In this document: positions 22,866-32,865 of the stretch, piece after piece
Position numbering within the stretch: the stretch's first letter is position 1
Layout of the letters: each line of letters begins with the position of its first letter
Assembly (NCBI GenBank): GCA_963808625.1
Contig: CAWEHK010000043.1
Span: forward strand, 83,405 to 147,404
Length of the DNA stretch: 64,000 nucleotides
Source of the DNA: an uncultured delta proteobacterium
Lineage (GTDB): Bacteria > Desulfobacterota > Syntrophobacteria > Syntrophobacterales > Syntrophobacteraceae
Direction of reading: 5' to 3'
Notes under the pieces: model-generated
What the model was told of the DNA's origin: nothing
The model's database searches: none
What the model saw: the letters and a program-made list of their open reading frames with translations, nothing else
Translations under genes and position numbers: made by a program

Positions 22866-23095
22866 TTACAGGATTCCCATATCTCTTCCCCAAGCGGGGA
22901 AACAATATCCTTCTCAAAAACATATGCCTCAGCAAGCTTACCTGGTACAGGATTTGGTTCTTTATTACGATATGGAATAATTTGAGCAAGCGGCTTTCCG
23001 CGTTTGGTTATGACAATCCCTTCCCGTGTCTTTGCAATCTGGTCCAATATTCTTAATGCATGTGCTTTGAATTGACTTATTCCCATTGTTTTCAT
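22862..23095 (-). CDS. Phd/YefM-family antitoxin
   Basis: MKTMGISQFKAH...IVITKRGKPLA; overlaps the vapC start. Confidence 0.88.
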   Translation of the reverse strand: MKTMGISQFKAHALRILDQIAKTREGIVITKRGKPLAQIIPYRNKEPNPVPGKLAEAYVFEKDIVSPLGEEIWESCK

Positions 23096-23328
23096 AAAAA
23101 CCCTCCTCACGCAAATAAATATAGTCAAATGAAATGACCATGTCAATGACGCCTGCGCCCACCGCGGACCACCCGGTTGGTACCTGGAGAGCAGGAGACT
23201 ACCGACCCGAAGCGCCACATCATGGGCTTTCCCAGTCTGCCACCTTAGTCATGGCAGGAGGGAAGGCCTGCCCCACATCGATGCGGGAACTCAAGAGTAA
23301 GCAACTTGTTCGTGCCCGGACCGGCACG

Positions 23329-24297
23329 CTAGGCATGGATGCTCAGAAACTCAAGGGCGCGTGATTCCGACCAGTATTCGCCGCTCCTGTCGAATGAGAC
23401 AAAACCCACATGCCCGCCGGACTGGGGAGTTTCCAGAAAAAGGAAGGGATTGGCCAGGGCCTCTTGATAGGGATAGCAGGCGAGTGCCAGAAAGGGATCG
23501 TCCAACGCGTTGACCAGCAGCGTCGGCACGGCAATCCGAGCCAGGAACGGCTTGCTGCTCGATCTTTCCCAGTAGTCTTCGGCGCTCTTGAAACCATGAA
23601 GCGGCGCCGTATAGCGCTCATCAAAGTCCTGGAAAGTGCGCATGCGTGAGAAGCCGCGATCGTCAATTTCCCCCGGGAATCGATCCATTTTGGCGCGGAC
23701 CTTTTCGTGCAGCATGCGCAGGAAGCGCTTCATGTAAATCCTGTTTTCCAGACCGGCCATCTTCCGGGCGCTGCTGGCCAAATCACACGGCACCGAGAAC
23801 ACGACGGCGGCCCCGATGGTTGGGTTGAGCTCCAGGGCCCGTTCCCCAAGATATTTCAAGATCACATTCCCGCCCAAACTGAACCCAATGAGCGCCGACT
23901 TTTCATAGCGACCGCTTTGAAGGACATGGGTCAGCACGGTATGAAGGTCCGGAGTATCACCACTGTGATAGAAGCGCACCTTTTGATTGGGTTCGCCACT
24001 GCAGCCGCGAAAGTTCCACACCACCGCATCCCACCCATGGCGATTGAGGGCTCGGACCATCCCGAGCACGTAAGGGCGGGTGGAATTGCCCTCCAGGCCA
24101 TGAGCGACGATGGCCACCCGGGCCGCTTCGACCGGTGCCCGGTCAAGGTCCAAAAAGTCGCCATCGGGAGTGCTTATGCGCTCACGAAGATAGCCGACAC
24201 CGCTCACGCGACGGAAAAAATTCGGATAGATGGTCTGAAGATGACCGTGGTTGAAAAACAACGGCGGACGGTAGGAAGAATGGCGAAGGATCGGCAT
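23329..24297 (-). CDS. YheT-like alpha/beta hydrolase
   Basis: HLQTI, HGLEG, NFRGCSG, GFSLGG nucleophile elbow, DDPF, GGHVGF. Confidence 0.9.
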   Translation of the reverse strand: MPILRHSSYRPPLFFNHGHLQTIYPNFFRRVSGVGYLRERISTPDGDFLDLDRAPVEAARVAIVAHGLEGNSTRPYVLGMVRALNRHGWDAVVWNFRGCSGEPNQKVRFYHSGDTPDLHTVLTHVLQSGRYEKSALIGFSLGGNVILKYLGERALELNPTIGAAVVFSVPCDLASSARKMAGLENRIYMKRFLRMLHEKVRAKMDRFPGEIDDRGFSRMRTFQDFDERYTAPLHGFKSAEDYWERSSSKPFLARIAVPTLLVNALDDPFLALACYPYQEALANPFLFLETPQSGGHVGFVSFDRSGEYWSESRALEFLSIHA

Positions 24298-24448
24298 CGT
24301 GCCCTCAGATTAGTGATTCACTGATCTCCATCCCTTTTCGAACCACGAAGAACACGAAGAGCACGAAGCAATCTTTTCGTGTCCTTCGTGTTCTTCGTGG
24401 TCAAAGAAGGTCATTATTTTTGGACGTCTCCTTATTCTCGGACAGCCC

Positions 24449-24814
24449 CTAACGGATGAATACGTGGGAGACCAGGATTCCCCAGAATTGTATCGGCCTC
24501 ACGTCCATGGAAATTGCTTCATAGCGCCACCCAAGGTGCCGGCGACACCGGCGACAGAAGGCAAAACGCCACCGGTAGCCGGGAAACCAGGAGTATTCCT
24601 CGGTGGCCGCGCCCACCGCAACCACGCCGTGACAGGAAGCGAACGTACAGAAATCGCATTCGATTCCAGCAGGGTTGGTAAAATGGTGATGCCGCGCGCC
24701 GCCAACAGCAAGCAGGCAATCCGAGGAGGCGATGAGCGCACTGCAGCCGGAACACTGATAGGCTTTATCACCGTTGCCGCCGGTCGCTCCATATGGTGAA
24801 AAAAGGCCGAACAT
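24449..24814 (-). CDS. Cereblon/CULT-domain protein
   Basis: CxxC, FTNPAG, SWFPGYRW, CxxC, HLGW. Confidence 0.85.
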   Translation of the reverse strand: MFGLFSPYGATGGNGDKAYQCSGCSALIASSDCLLAVGGARHHHFTNPAGIECDFCTFASCHGVVAVGAATEEYSWFPGYRWRFAFCRRCRRHLGWRYEAISMDVRPIQFWGILVSHVFIR

Positions 24815-24966
24815 TCCTGACTCCCACCGCTCGAAGCGGGCAAAAACAAGGATTCAAACGTGCTGTGCTGACTGCAACCCTAAAATTACCACGAATAATA
24901 TGCTATATTCCAGACCTGCATGGGAAGAAAACCGAGCGCAGCAAGAACGAGACCCTGGAATGAGGT

Positions 24967-25515
24967 GTGGTGATGGCAGAAATAAAGAGTACCCTGGAAC
25001 TGGTTATGGAAAGGACCCGACACCTTACGCAGAGTGAGGAAGAAAAGCGGGAACAGGCCGCGGCTGAGTTCAGGAAAAGCCTCAACGGCCTGCTGCAAAA
25101 ATGTCAGGACGGGGCCCTGGCGCCCGACCACTTCCGGGAAGATCTGCGCCGCTTGCAGGAGACCGTGCGCGTGGCCGACAGCCTCATCATTCCGGAAGAG
25201 ATCGGCAAACGCCTGGATCTTGAAGGGGATAATGACTGGGCCATCACCCTCCTTAGAGAGGCCTTTAACATCAGTCCTCAAGGAATCGCAGCCGTTCTCG
25301 GCGAATACCGGCAGGCCCGCGATACACTGGCCAGGCAAAAGCGCGACGAAATCAGAAAAGACCTCGCCGAGACGCGAGGAATCTCCGGCCCTGCCGTCGT
25401 TCCCAACCCCGCCGCAGACCCCAACTGGAGCACGGAAAAACAGCGTCTTCGCGCCCGCTTTGAGTCAATACTGGTCCAGGAAATTGACAGGCTGAAAGCG
25501 GCCTGGCTGTCCTGA
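24967..25515 (+). CDS. Hypothetical helical protein
   Basis: 182-aa ORF beginning MAEIKSTLELVMERT. Confidence 0.7.
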   Translation: MVMAEIKSTLELVMERTRHLTQSEEEKREQAAAEFRKSLNGLLQKCQDGALAPDHFREDLRRLQETVRVADSLIIPEEIGKRLDLEGDNDWAITLLREAFNISPQGIAAVLGEYRQARDTLARQKRDEIRKDLAETRGISGPAVVPNPAADPNWSTEKQRLRARFESILVQEIDRLKAAWLS

Positions 25516-25788
25516 AGGCAAGCTCGAGTTAGCGCCCTTCGGGCGGACTACAAAACACAAATTCACCGCAGAGAACGCAGAGATCGCACAGGGAACAATA
25601 GCCTACAGAAAAATCTTAACAGAATTTCAAGAGCTTGAACGTTAGCAATGCAGTAAAGATCTCCCCTCAAGAGTTCCGAAATCACGATTGGAGGCTTCCA
25701 ATGCTTTTCTCTGCGTCCTCTGCGTCCTCTGCGGTAAAAAAAATGGAAATTCCTATACGATCGAGTTACCAGCTTCAGTTAATACGAG

Positions 25789-26448
25789 TTAGATATAAGC
25801 AAACCAGACCCTTTCGACGCTCTGGAAGTTCCTCCGCACCTGCGCGGCGTTCACGATGATGTCCCCGTGGCCGGGAAGCAGCGTTTCGACCTCCAGGTCG
25901 GAAAGGGTTTTGATGCTTTCCTTGAGGGTGCGGCCGTTGCCGCCGGGAAGGTCGGTGCGCCCAAGGCCCTCCTTAAAGATCACGTCGCCGGTGAAAAGCG
26001 CTTTCTGTTCCGGCCAGTAGAGGGAAATGGACCCCGGAGAATGTCCCGGAGTATGGATGACCAGGAACTCGAGCCCCTTGACGGCGAGGTCCCCTTCCTT
26101 CAGGAAAAAGGCGGGAACGTAAGCATCGGGGTCAAGCGAAGCGCCGAGAACCCTTCCCATATCTTTGAGCAGGTCCCAGTCGGTTTGATGGACCCCAAAT
26201 AAGGCTGGGTGCTCCTGAAACAGCTTCACCGCCTCAACATGATCCGGGTGACAATGGGTCGCGATGACCAGGTCGATGTCCTCGAGTCCCAGCCCCAGGT
26301 CCCGGAGACCGGCCTCGACATGGCCAAAGAGATGGAGATGCCCCGGATCGATGAGCACCCGGGCCGGACCGTCGATGAGGTAGGTATTGCAGTTGTTGGC
26401 CGACATCGAATTCCACAGAAAGCCGTGGAGGTTTTCGAGAATTTTCAT
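25789..26448 (-). CDS. MBL-fold metallo-hydrolase
   Basis: THCHPDH, HTPGHSPGS, FTGD, PGHG. Confidence 0.9.
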   Translation of the reverse strand: MKILENLHGFLWNSMSANNCNTYLIDGPARVLIDPGHLHLFGHVEAGLRDLGLGLEDIDLVIATHCHPDHVEAVKLFQEHPALFGVHQTDWDLLKDMGRVLGASLDPDAYVPAFFLKEGDLAVKGLEFLVIHTPGHSPGSISLYWPEQKALFTGDVIFKEGLGRTDLPGGNGRTLKESIKTLSDLEVETLLPGHGDIIVNAAQVRRNFQSVERVWFAYI

Positions 26449-26472
26449 TTGCGTCCTTCCTGCGTTGCGCGT

Positions 26473-26891
26473 TCATTCCCCGATAATTTTGAGGAGCACC
26501 CGTTTTTTCCTGCGCCCGTCAAATTCACCATAGAAGATCTGTTCCCAGGGGCCAAGATCCAGCTTGCCGCCGGTGACCGCGACGACCACCTCACGACCCA
26601 TGATTTGCCGCTTCAGATGAGCATCCGCATTGTCTTCACCAACGTTATGCCGGTACTGCGAAACGGGTTCATGCGGCGCCAGTTTTTCCAGCCAGAGTTC
26701 ATAATCGTGATGGAGGCCCGGATTCGTCATCGTTGATGAAGACCGAGGCCGTGATGTGCATGGCGTTGCAGAGCACCAGGCCCTCCTCGATGCCGCTTTC
26801 CCGGAGGCACGGCTTCAATCTGGGGGGTAATATTGATAAAGGCCCGGCGCGTGGGAACGTTGAACCAGAGCTCCTTGCGATATGATTTCAT
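26473..26891 (-). CDS. yjbQ: YjbQ/UPF0047-family protein, frameshifted
   Basis: [10 protein letters not shown]...; [30 protein letters not shown]. Confidence 0.85.
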
Positions 26892-26904
26892 GGACTCACT
26901 CCTT

Positions 26905-27030
26905 TGCGATTTCGGATTTCGGATGTCGGATGTCGGATTGCGGATTTCGGATTGCGGATTTCGGATTTCGGATTTCGGATGTCGGATTGCGGATGGCGGA
27001 TGGCGGATGGCGGATTTCGGATGGTGGATG
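26905..27030. repeat. Heptamer tandem repeat (CGGATTT/CGGATGG)
   Basis: 7-nt periodicity. Confidence 0.85.
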
Positions 27031-27091
27031 TTCAGCGTGGCGGGACTCCTTGGGTGCATGCCTACCAGTCTTTCTTTTTGAGCTCAAGTAC

Positions 27092-27189
27092 CAAGAGCCA
27101 AGAGCTAAGAGCTAAGAGCTAAGAGAAAGAGCCAACTGCCAAGAGCCAACCGCTAAGAGCTAAGAGCTAAGAGCCAACTGCTAAGAGCC
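27092..27189. repeat. Heptamer tandem repeat (AGAGCTA/AGAGCCA)
   Basis: 7-nt periodicity. Confidence 0.8.
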
Positions 27190-29374
27190 ACCTGCCGCTT
27201 TGCCGGGCCATGAGGCTCGAACCACGGTCCCCTGGCCGATGACCGACTCGATGCGGAAGGCGCCGCCGGCGAGCTCTGTGCGTTCTCTCATTCCGGCAAT
27301 CCCGAGGCCTTTCTCGTGACTGCTTTTCGCCAGTGCGGAAGAAAGATCAAACCCGATGCCATTATCTTCTATGGTCAGGTGAATGAGACCATCTTGCACT
27401 TTCGAGGGAGAGACTGACCAATTCCGCTTTGCTGTGTCTGGCAATATTGTTCAAGGCCTCCTGTACAATTCGGAAGATGACAATTTTCAAGGGCTCGGGG
27501 ATGTCTTCTTCATCAATGTCAATTTCCTGTTCAATGCAGATCCCCGCATAGGTCTTTTGAAATTCTCGGCAAAACCAGCCAATGGTGGCGATGATCCCAA
27601 GATCATCCAGCATGGAGGGCCGCAGTCCGGTATAAATCCTGCGCGCTTCTTCCATCGCATTCTGGACGACGGGAATGATCAGCTCGAGGGACGAACCATC
27701 GTCCCTCGCTCAGTCCTTGCTCAACTCTCCCAAGCACATTTTCCACTTTAAACTTGATGGCGGCAAGAGACTGCCCGATGCTGTCGTGCAGTTCCCTCGC
27801 AATCCTTTTCCGTTCCTCTTCCTGCGTGGTCAGCAACTGGGAGGACATGAGCCGAAGCTTTCTCTCGGATTCCAGCAAGGCCTGTTCGGTTTGTTTGCGT
27901 TCGTTGATTTCCTGCTGAAGGAGATCATTGGCCTCGTGCCAGTTCGGCAGTTCGCTCCCGGACTAATTCTTCGAGGTGTTCACGATATTTTTGGAGCTCC
28001 TCTTCGACCAGTCTTACGCTCCGTAATATCACGGGCTGCCGCAAAGATGCCCAGCACTTTTCCCGATCTCATCCTGGTAGAGCGAGGCATTGTAGAGCAC
28101 GGAGGTGATGTGGCCGCTCCGATGAGAAATCTGCAATTCATAATCGCGCACCTAGCCTTCCTTGAAGACCTTCTGGTAGCCTTCTTTCGCCTTTTCCGGG
28201 TCCGTAAAGTAGTCGCAAAAATCGGTCCCGATGAGTTGTTCCCGCGAGCATCCGGTTACTTTTTCGGTGGCGGCATTGACATCACTGATCTTGCCATCGG
28301 CATTGATGGTGACCAGAGGATCAAGACTGGCCTCGATCAAGCTCCGATTATAGGCATTGGCCAACCGCAGTGCTTCTTCCGCTCGTATGCGTTCGGTCAG
28401 TTCCCGGGACAATTCGTCGGTCCGCCGGTTTACCAGCGTTCTCAGGGAACGATTCCAGACGAACATGCCAATGAGAGCCAGGGAGGCCACACCAAGGACC
28501 GCAACAGACTGATCCAGAATTTTCGCTGTCGAACAGGTTCTCCTGCTCCAGCTGAACCCATTTCTTGAAGATGGCTTCCCTCTCGACCGGGACTGATCTC
28601 GTTGAGGGCCTTTTCAAGAATCCCCGCCAGCTCCGGCCAATCCTTTCGGCACCCGAAGGCCAGCCGGTACATATAACCCGTATTGCCCGCCAGCCGCAGG
28701 TTGGTGATCCCCTGCTTCTCAATGAAGTAGGTGGCCGCCCCCAGATTTGCCACCAGGGCATCCACCATGCCGAAAGAAACCTTTCGCAACCCGGTTTCGA
28801 CCGTCGGCACCACATCGAGGTCCAGATGCGGATAATTATTGACCACATAATCGTGATCGGCATAGCCGGAAACAATGGCCACCCGCATGCCGGCAAGCTT
28901 CTTCAAGGAGAGCGGGCGGTGACATTTTTTCTGACGATGATAACTGAAGGGAACTCGACAAAAGGGCTGGTGAAAAGCATGTATTCCGGAGCGCTGAGGG
29001 GTCTTGGCCGCGGCCCCGAACATGTCTATCTCTCTTTTCTTGGCCTTTTCAATGGCCTCATCCCAGTCACGCAGGCGGACAATCTTGAAGCGTATGCCAA
29101 GCTTCCTCTCGACCAGATCCACATAATCCGCGGCGATGCCCCGGTAACGGCCATCATCATCGAAATATTCGATCGGGGGATAGTCGGGGTCGGGGGCAAT
29201 AGTAATCTCGGGGTGGGCGCCCAGCCATTCCGTCTCGGCCTCGGTCAGCAGCGGTTTCGTTGCGGTCCCCGGGTCGGGGCCAACGGCAACCAATAGGAAA
29301 CCACCCAGGACTACCGCAAGAAACCAGGCAAAAAGACTTGCCGTTCTATGGATTACCGCAACCGTTTTGGCCAT
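27181..29374 (-). CDS. Sensor histidine kinase (periplasmic binding domain - TM - PAS - HisKA_3 - HATPase), several frameshifts
   Basis: PDYPPIEY binding domain; SLIEASLDPLVTI PAS; ERKRIARELHDSIGQ; LRPSMLDDLG; QEALNN; DNGIGF, GLGIAGMRER. Confidence 0.85.
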
Positions 29375-29656
29375 CCTTTACCCATTATTTTCCATAGTTG
29401 CCCCAGCATAATCTTCCGTGCGCAAACGGTCAATGAAGTAAAGGCCCCTGTTGCGGCAGCGGGAGGGAGGCGCAAGCGTGTTCAGGCAGCGCGTTGCTGT
29501 CTTCCAGGCGGCCGTGAGATAAAAACCATTGGGAGGAGATAGACTCCGCCCCTGCAGTTCACACTCACAGGTCCGGAGTTTCCGGATGGAAACCGGTGCC
29601 GTGCGCCGGGATTGCGGCGAAGGAGCCCTGGCCCGCGTCGAAGCACCCGGGCCCCA

Positions 29657-31270
29657 TCAGGAAGAGAAGGGAAAGATGATGCGGAAGGTGGTGCCGGCGC
29701 CGAATTGGGTGTCGAATTCGATGAAGGCGCCGTGTTTCTCCAGAATTTGCCGGGAGATGGCCAATCCCAGTCCCGTTCCTTCCGATTTCCTCGTAAAGAA
29801 AGGATCGAAGATCCGATCCTGGTCTTCTTCCAGAATCCCATCGCCGGTGTCCGTAACCTGCAGGACCACGGCTGCGGGTTCTTCCTGATACATGGTCCTG
29901 ATGGTGAGTGTTCCGCCCCCGGGCATGGCCTCAATGGCGTTGATCATCAAGTTCATGATCACCTGGCTGATCTGGTTGAAATCGACGACCAGCATGGGAA
30001 TATTGTCCCCAAGGTCAAGCTCCACTTCCATATTGGCCTTTCGCAGATGGGCCTTGGCCAGGTCATAGCAGTAGCCGACAATTTCATTCAGGTGATGAGG
30101 CAGGAACTGGGGATCACGGGGTTTGGCGAAGTTCAGCACCTGGTGAACGATACGATCGATCTTCTTGATTTGTTGGACGACGTCGTCGAACATTTGCTGC
30201 TGGGCAGGATCAAGGGATAACTCGCGCTGCAGCATCTGCGTGTTGAAGTTGATCGTCGCCAGGGGGTTGCGTATTTCATGGGCGATCCCGGCGGCGAGAG
30301 TCCCCAGCGCTTTGAGCCGCTCGGTCTGATGCAGTCGGTGTTCTAATTTTCTTTCTTCGGTGACATCCTTTTCATAGTAGACCACACGCTCCACATCCCC
30401 GTCGGCATTGAGGACAGGGAAGGCGTAGTAATGATAGTACCCCCCCCAGCGCGGATGAGGGCCTTCCCTTTGCACCGGCTGTGCCCCCCAGAGGCACGCC
30501 CAAATCGGGCATTCCGGGGGAGGCTGGTCCTGTCCGTAAAGGATCTCTCGTATACTTCTTGCCGATGAGGTCTCGCCTGCTTCCCATAAACCATTTCGCT
30601 GGTCCGATTGACGCGGAAAATGCGCAAGCTGGTTATCCACCAGGAAGATACTGTGCTGAATGGCATCGAAGCTGATTTCGAGCTCGCTCTTGGCCCGTTC
30701 GATGGATTCGAAGAGCTGCGCATTCTCGATCGCTACCCCCAGCTGATTGCCAATGGCGGTGAGGAACTCACTCCTTTCCGGCCGGATCTGGAGGTGGCCT
30801 TCGTTGGTCACATAGAGCAGCCCCAGCACTTTGTTTTGATTCTTGAGAGGAATGCAGATGACTTCATCGACCCCCGCGTCATACATGCGCTCGCGCAACT
30901 GGGCAAAGAAGAGCTTGCTGACCGGGACCCAGTGAACCATTTTGTGATAACCAAACCGGCTCATCACTTCCGGAGCTACGGTGATGGCCTGGATGGCATT
31001 CACCAGGGTGGAGGCAAAACCGTAATGAGCGGCCAATTCCAGCAGCCACTGGTCATCGGCGACGTCTTTGACCAGATAGATCGCCCCCATCTTCAGCCTG
31101 AGCGTGCTCAGAATCGCGACCAGAGCTCGCTGCAAGACGTCTTCCAGCCGGGGCGAGCTCTGCAGCGCGGAGGAGATCTGAAAGAGGATTTGCAGCTCGT
31201 GATGCTGCTGCAGGTATTCTTCTGGAGAGAGGATGGGGCTGGCCGTTTCTTTCGTTTCCGATGGTTCCAT
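29657..31270 (-). CDS. GAF-containing sensor histidine kinase (NtrB-like)
   Basis: LGVAIENAQL, AHEIRNPL, NLMINAIEAM, DTGDG, FDPFFT, GTGLGL. Confidence 0.88.
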   Translation of the reverse strand: MEPSETKETASPILSPEEYLQQHHELQILFQISSALQSSPRLEDVLQRALVAILSTLRLKMGAIYLVKDVADDQWLLELAAHYGFASTLVNAIQAITVAPEVMSRFGYHKMVHWVPVSKLFFAQLRERMYDAGVDEVICIPLKNQNKVLGLLYVTNEGHLQIRPERSEFLTAIGNQLGVAIENAQLFESIERAKSELEISFDAIQHSIFLVDNQLAHFPRQSDQRNGLWEAGETSSARSIREILYGQDQPPPECPIWACLWGAQPVQREGPHPRWGGYYHYYAFPVLNADGDVERVVYYEKDVTEERKLEHRLHQTERLKALGTLAAGIAHEIRNPLATINFNTQMLQRELSLDPAQQQMFDDVVQQIKKIDRIVHQVLNFAKPRDPQFLPHHLNEIVGYCYDLAKAHLRKANMEVELDLGDNIPMLVVDFNQISQVIMNLMINAIEAMPGGGTLTIRTMYQEEPAAVVLQVTDTGDGILEEDQDRIFDPFFTRKSEGTGLGLAISRQILEKHGAFIEFDTQFGAGTTFRIIFPFSS

Positions 31271-31509
31271 TAACCTCTTGGACTTTCTGTCACGGAAATC
31301 GGAGGGTCGGAGGCCGGAGGGCGGAGATCGGATTGACATAAGAAGCGGACATGATTTTCTCCCTCTCCGACCTCTAAGAGGCGTGTCTAAAAAGCCCTTC
31401 TATCCCGTCACCCCGGCGAAAGCCGGGGTCCAGAAGGTTTTAAAAAAACCTGGATTCCGGCTTTCGCCGGAATGACGCAATGCGATTCGGGAGAACTCTT
31501 TGCACACCC

Positions 31510-31645
31510 TCTAACTGCCGACTCCACGACTTCAGACTTCCTATTTCTGACTCCTGTCTCCTGCATCTCCTGACTCCTGACTCCTGACTTCTGACTCCTG
31601 CTCCTTCCGCTCTCCTGACTCCTGTCTCCTGTCTCCTGTCTTCCG
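31510..31645. repeat. Heptamer tandem repeat (CTCCTGA/CTCCTGT)
   Basis: 7-nt periodicity. Confidence 0.8.
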
Positions 31646-31647
31646 TC

Positions 31648-32577
31648 TTATTTCGTTCGCGCACTAATGGCTTCCCACTGCGAGTAGGTCGCCTTCGCCA
31701 CGCGGATGGAGGCAGCGTCCACCATTTTCCCATCGATGGCCAGGGAGCCGCACCCTGCCTTTTTAGCTTCTTCATACGCATTGAGAATCTTCAGGGAGCG
31801 CTCGACATCTTCCGGCGGAGGGGTATACATTTCATTAATGATTTCGATCTGATCGGGATGAATGACCCATTTCCCGTCATAGCCGAGGGCGGCGCTGAGG
31901 ATGCAGGAGCGCCGCAGTCCTTCCGGGTCTTTGTAATTCCCATAGGGAGCGTCAATCGCGGCCAGTCCCGCCGCCTTGGCGGCCATTGCCATGCAGCTGA
32001 GCGGAAAATGCCAGCGATGACCGGGATAAAAATCTTCAACATCCCCGTGGCCACTGATTCCTTTGCTCATCATGGTGAGCGACGCACTGTAGTCGGCCAC
32101 GCCAAAGACCAGGGTTTCCAGGCGCGGAGAGCTGAAGGCAATCTCCCTGGCCCGCAGCATTCCTTCGGCCGTCTCGATGGAAGGTTCCAGGCCGATCGGC
32201 TTCTGAAACCCCATGCGCATTTCGATTTGGGTCAACAGATAGTCGATGGCTTTGATTTCACTGGCATCATTGACCTTGGGAACCACAATGACATCAATAC
32301 AATCCCCGGCAGCTTCCACAACGTCAATGATATCCCGGTAGGCAAACGGAGTATCCATGCCATTGATGCGATAGCACCGCACTTTGCCGCTCCAGTCCTG
32401 TTCTTTGAAGGCAGCGATGACGCGCTTGCGGGCCTCTTCCTTCTCCTGAACCGGGACGCTGTCCTCAAGGTCGAGCATCAGGACATCCGTTGGGAGGCTA
32501 AAGGCTTTCTGGACCATCTTTTCACGATTGGCGGGTACGGAGAGGGTCGAACGACGCAGACGAATGGGTTTCTCCAC
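31648..32577 (-). CDS. CitE/malyl-CoA lyase-like (HpcH/HpaI aldolase/citrate lyase family) protein
   Basis: RRSTLSVP, LDLEDSV, RIN, PKV, IETAEG, FGVADY, GKWVIHP, DGKMVD. Confidence 0.88.
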   Translation of the reverse strand: MEKPIRLRRSTLSVPANREKMVQKAFSLPTDVLMLDLEDSVPVQEKEEARKRVIAAFKEQDWSGKVRCYRINGMDTPFAYRDIIDVVEAAGDCIDVIVVPKVNDASEIKAIDYLLTQIEMRMGFQKPIGLEPSIETAEGMLRAREIAFSSPRLETLVFGVADYSASLTMMSKGISGHGDVEDFYPGHRWHFPLSCMAMAAKAAGLAAIDAPYGNYKDPEGLRRSCILSAALGYDGKWVIHPDQIEIINEMYTPPPEDVERSLKILNAYEEAKKAGCGSLAIDGKMVDAASIRVAKATYSQWEAISARTK

Positions 32578-32865
32578 TTTAGTCTCCTTGCGTAAAAACA
32601 GTGGTCAGTGGTCAGTGATTCAGACCGTTACAACCTTATAAATGAAGCCGATTAGCGCTATTGTTCAGCCAGGCGAAGCCAAGGCTGGTTCTTCCGAAGC
32701 GAAACCCCTCAACCTGTCATTCCCGCAGGGTTTTTGAGCGGGAATCCAGCTTTCAAAGGCTCAAAACCTGGATTCCCGACAAAAGCTTTCGGGAATGACG
32801 TTGCTTGCATCCATGGCTGAAGCTCGACACCAATCGGGTAAATGAATGTCATTCCAGGGCCCAAC

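Noticed and set aside
26727..27122. Repetitive ORFs such as IRNPKSE and SDFGFR (also 18865-19413)
   Set aside because: Translations of non-coding heptamer repeats
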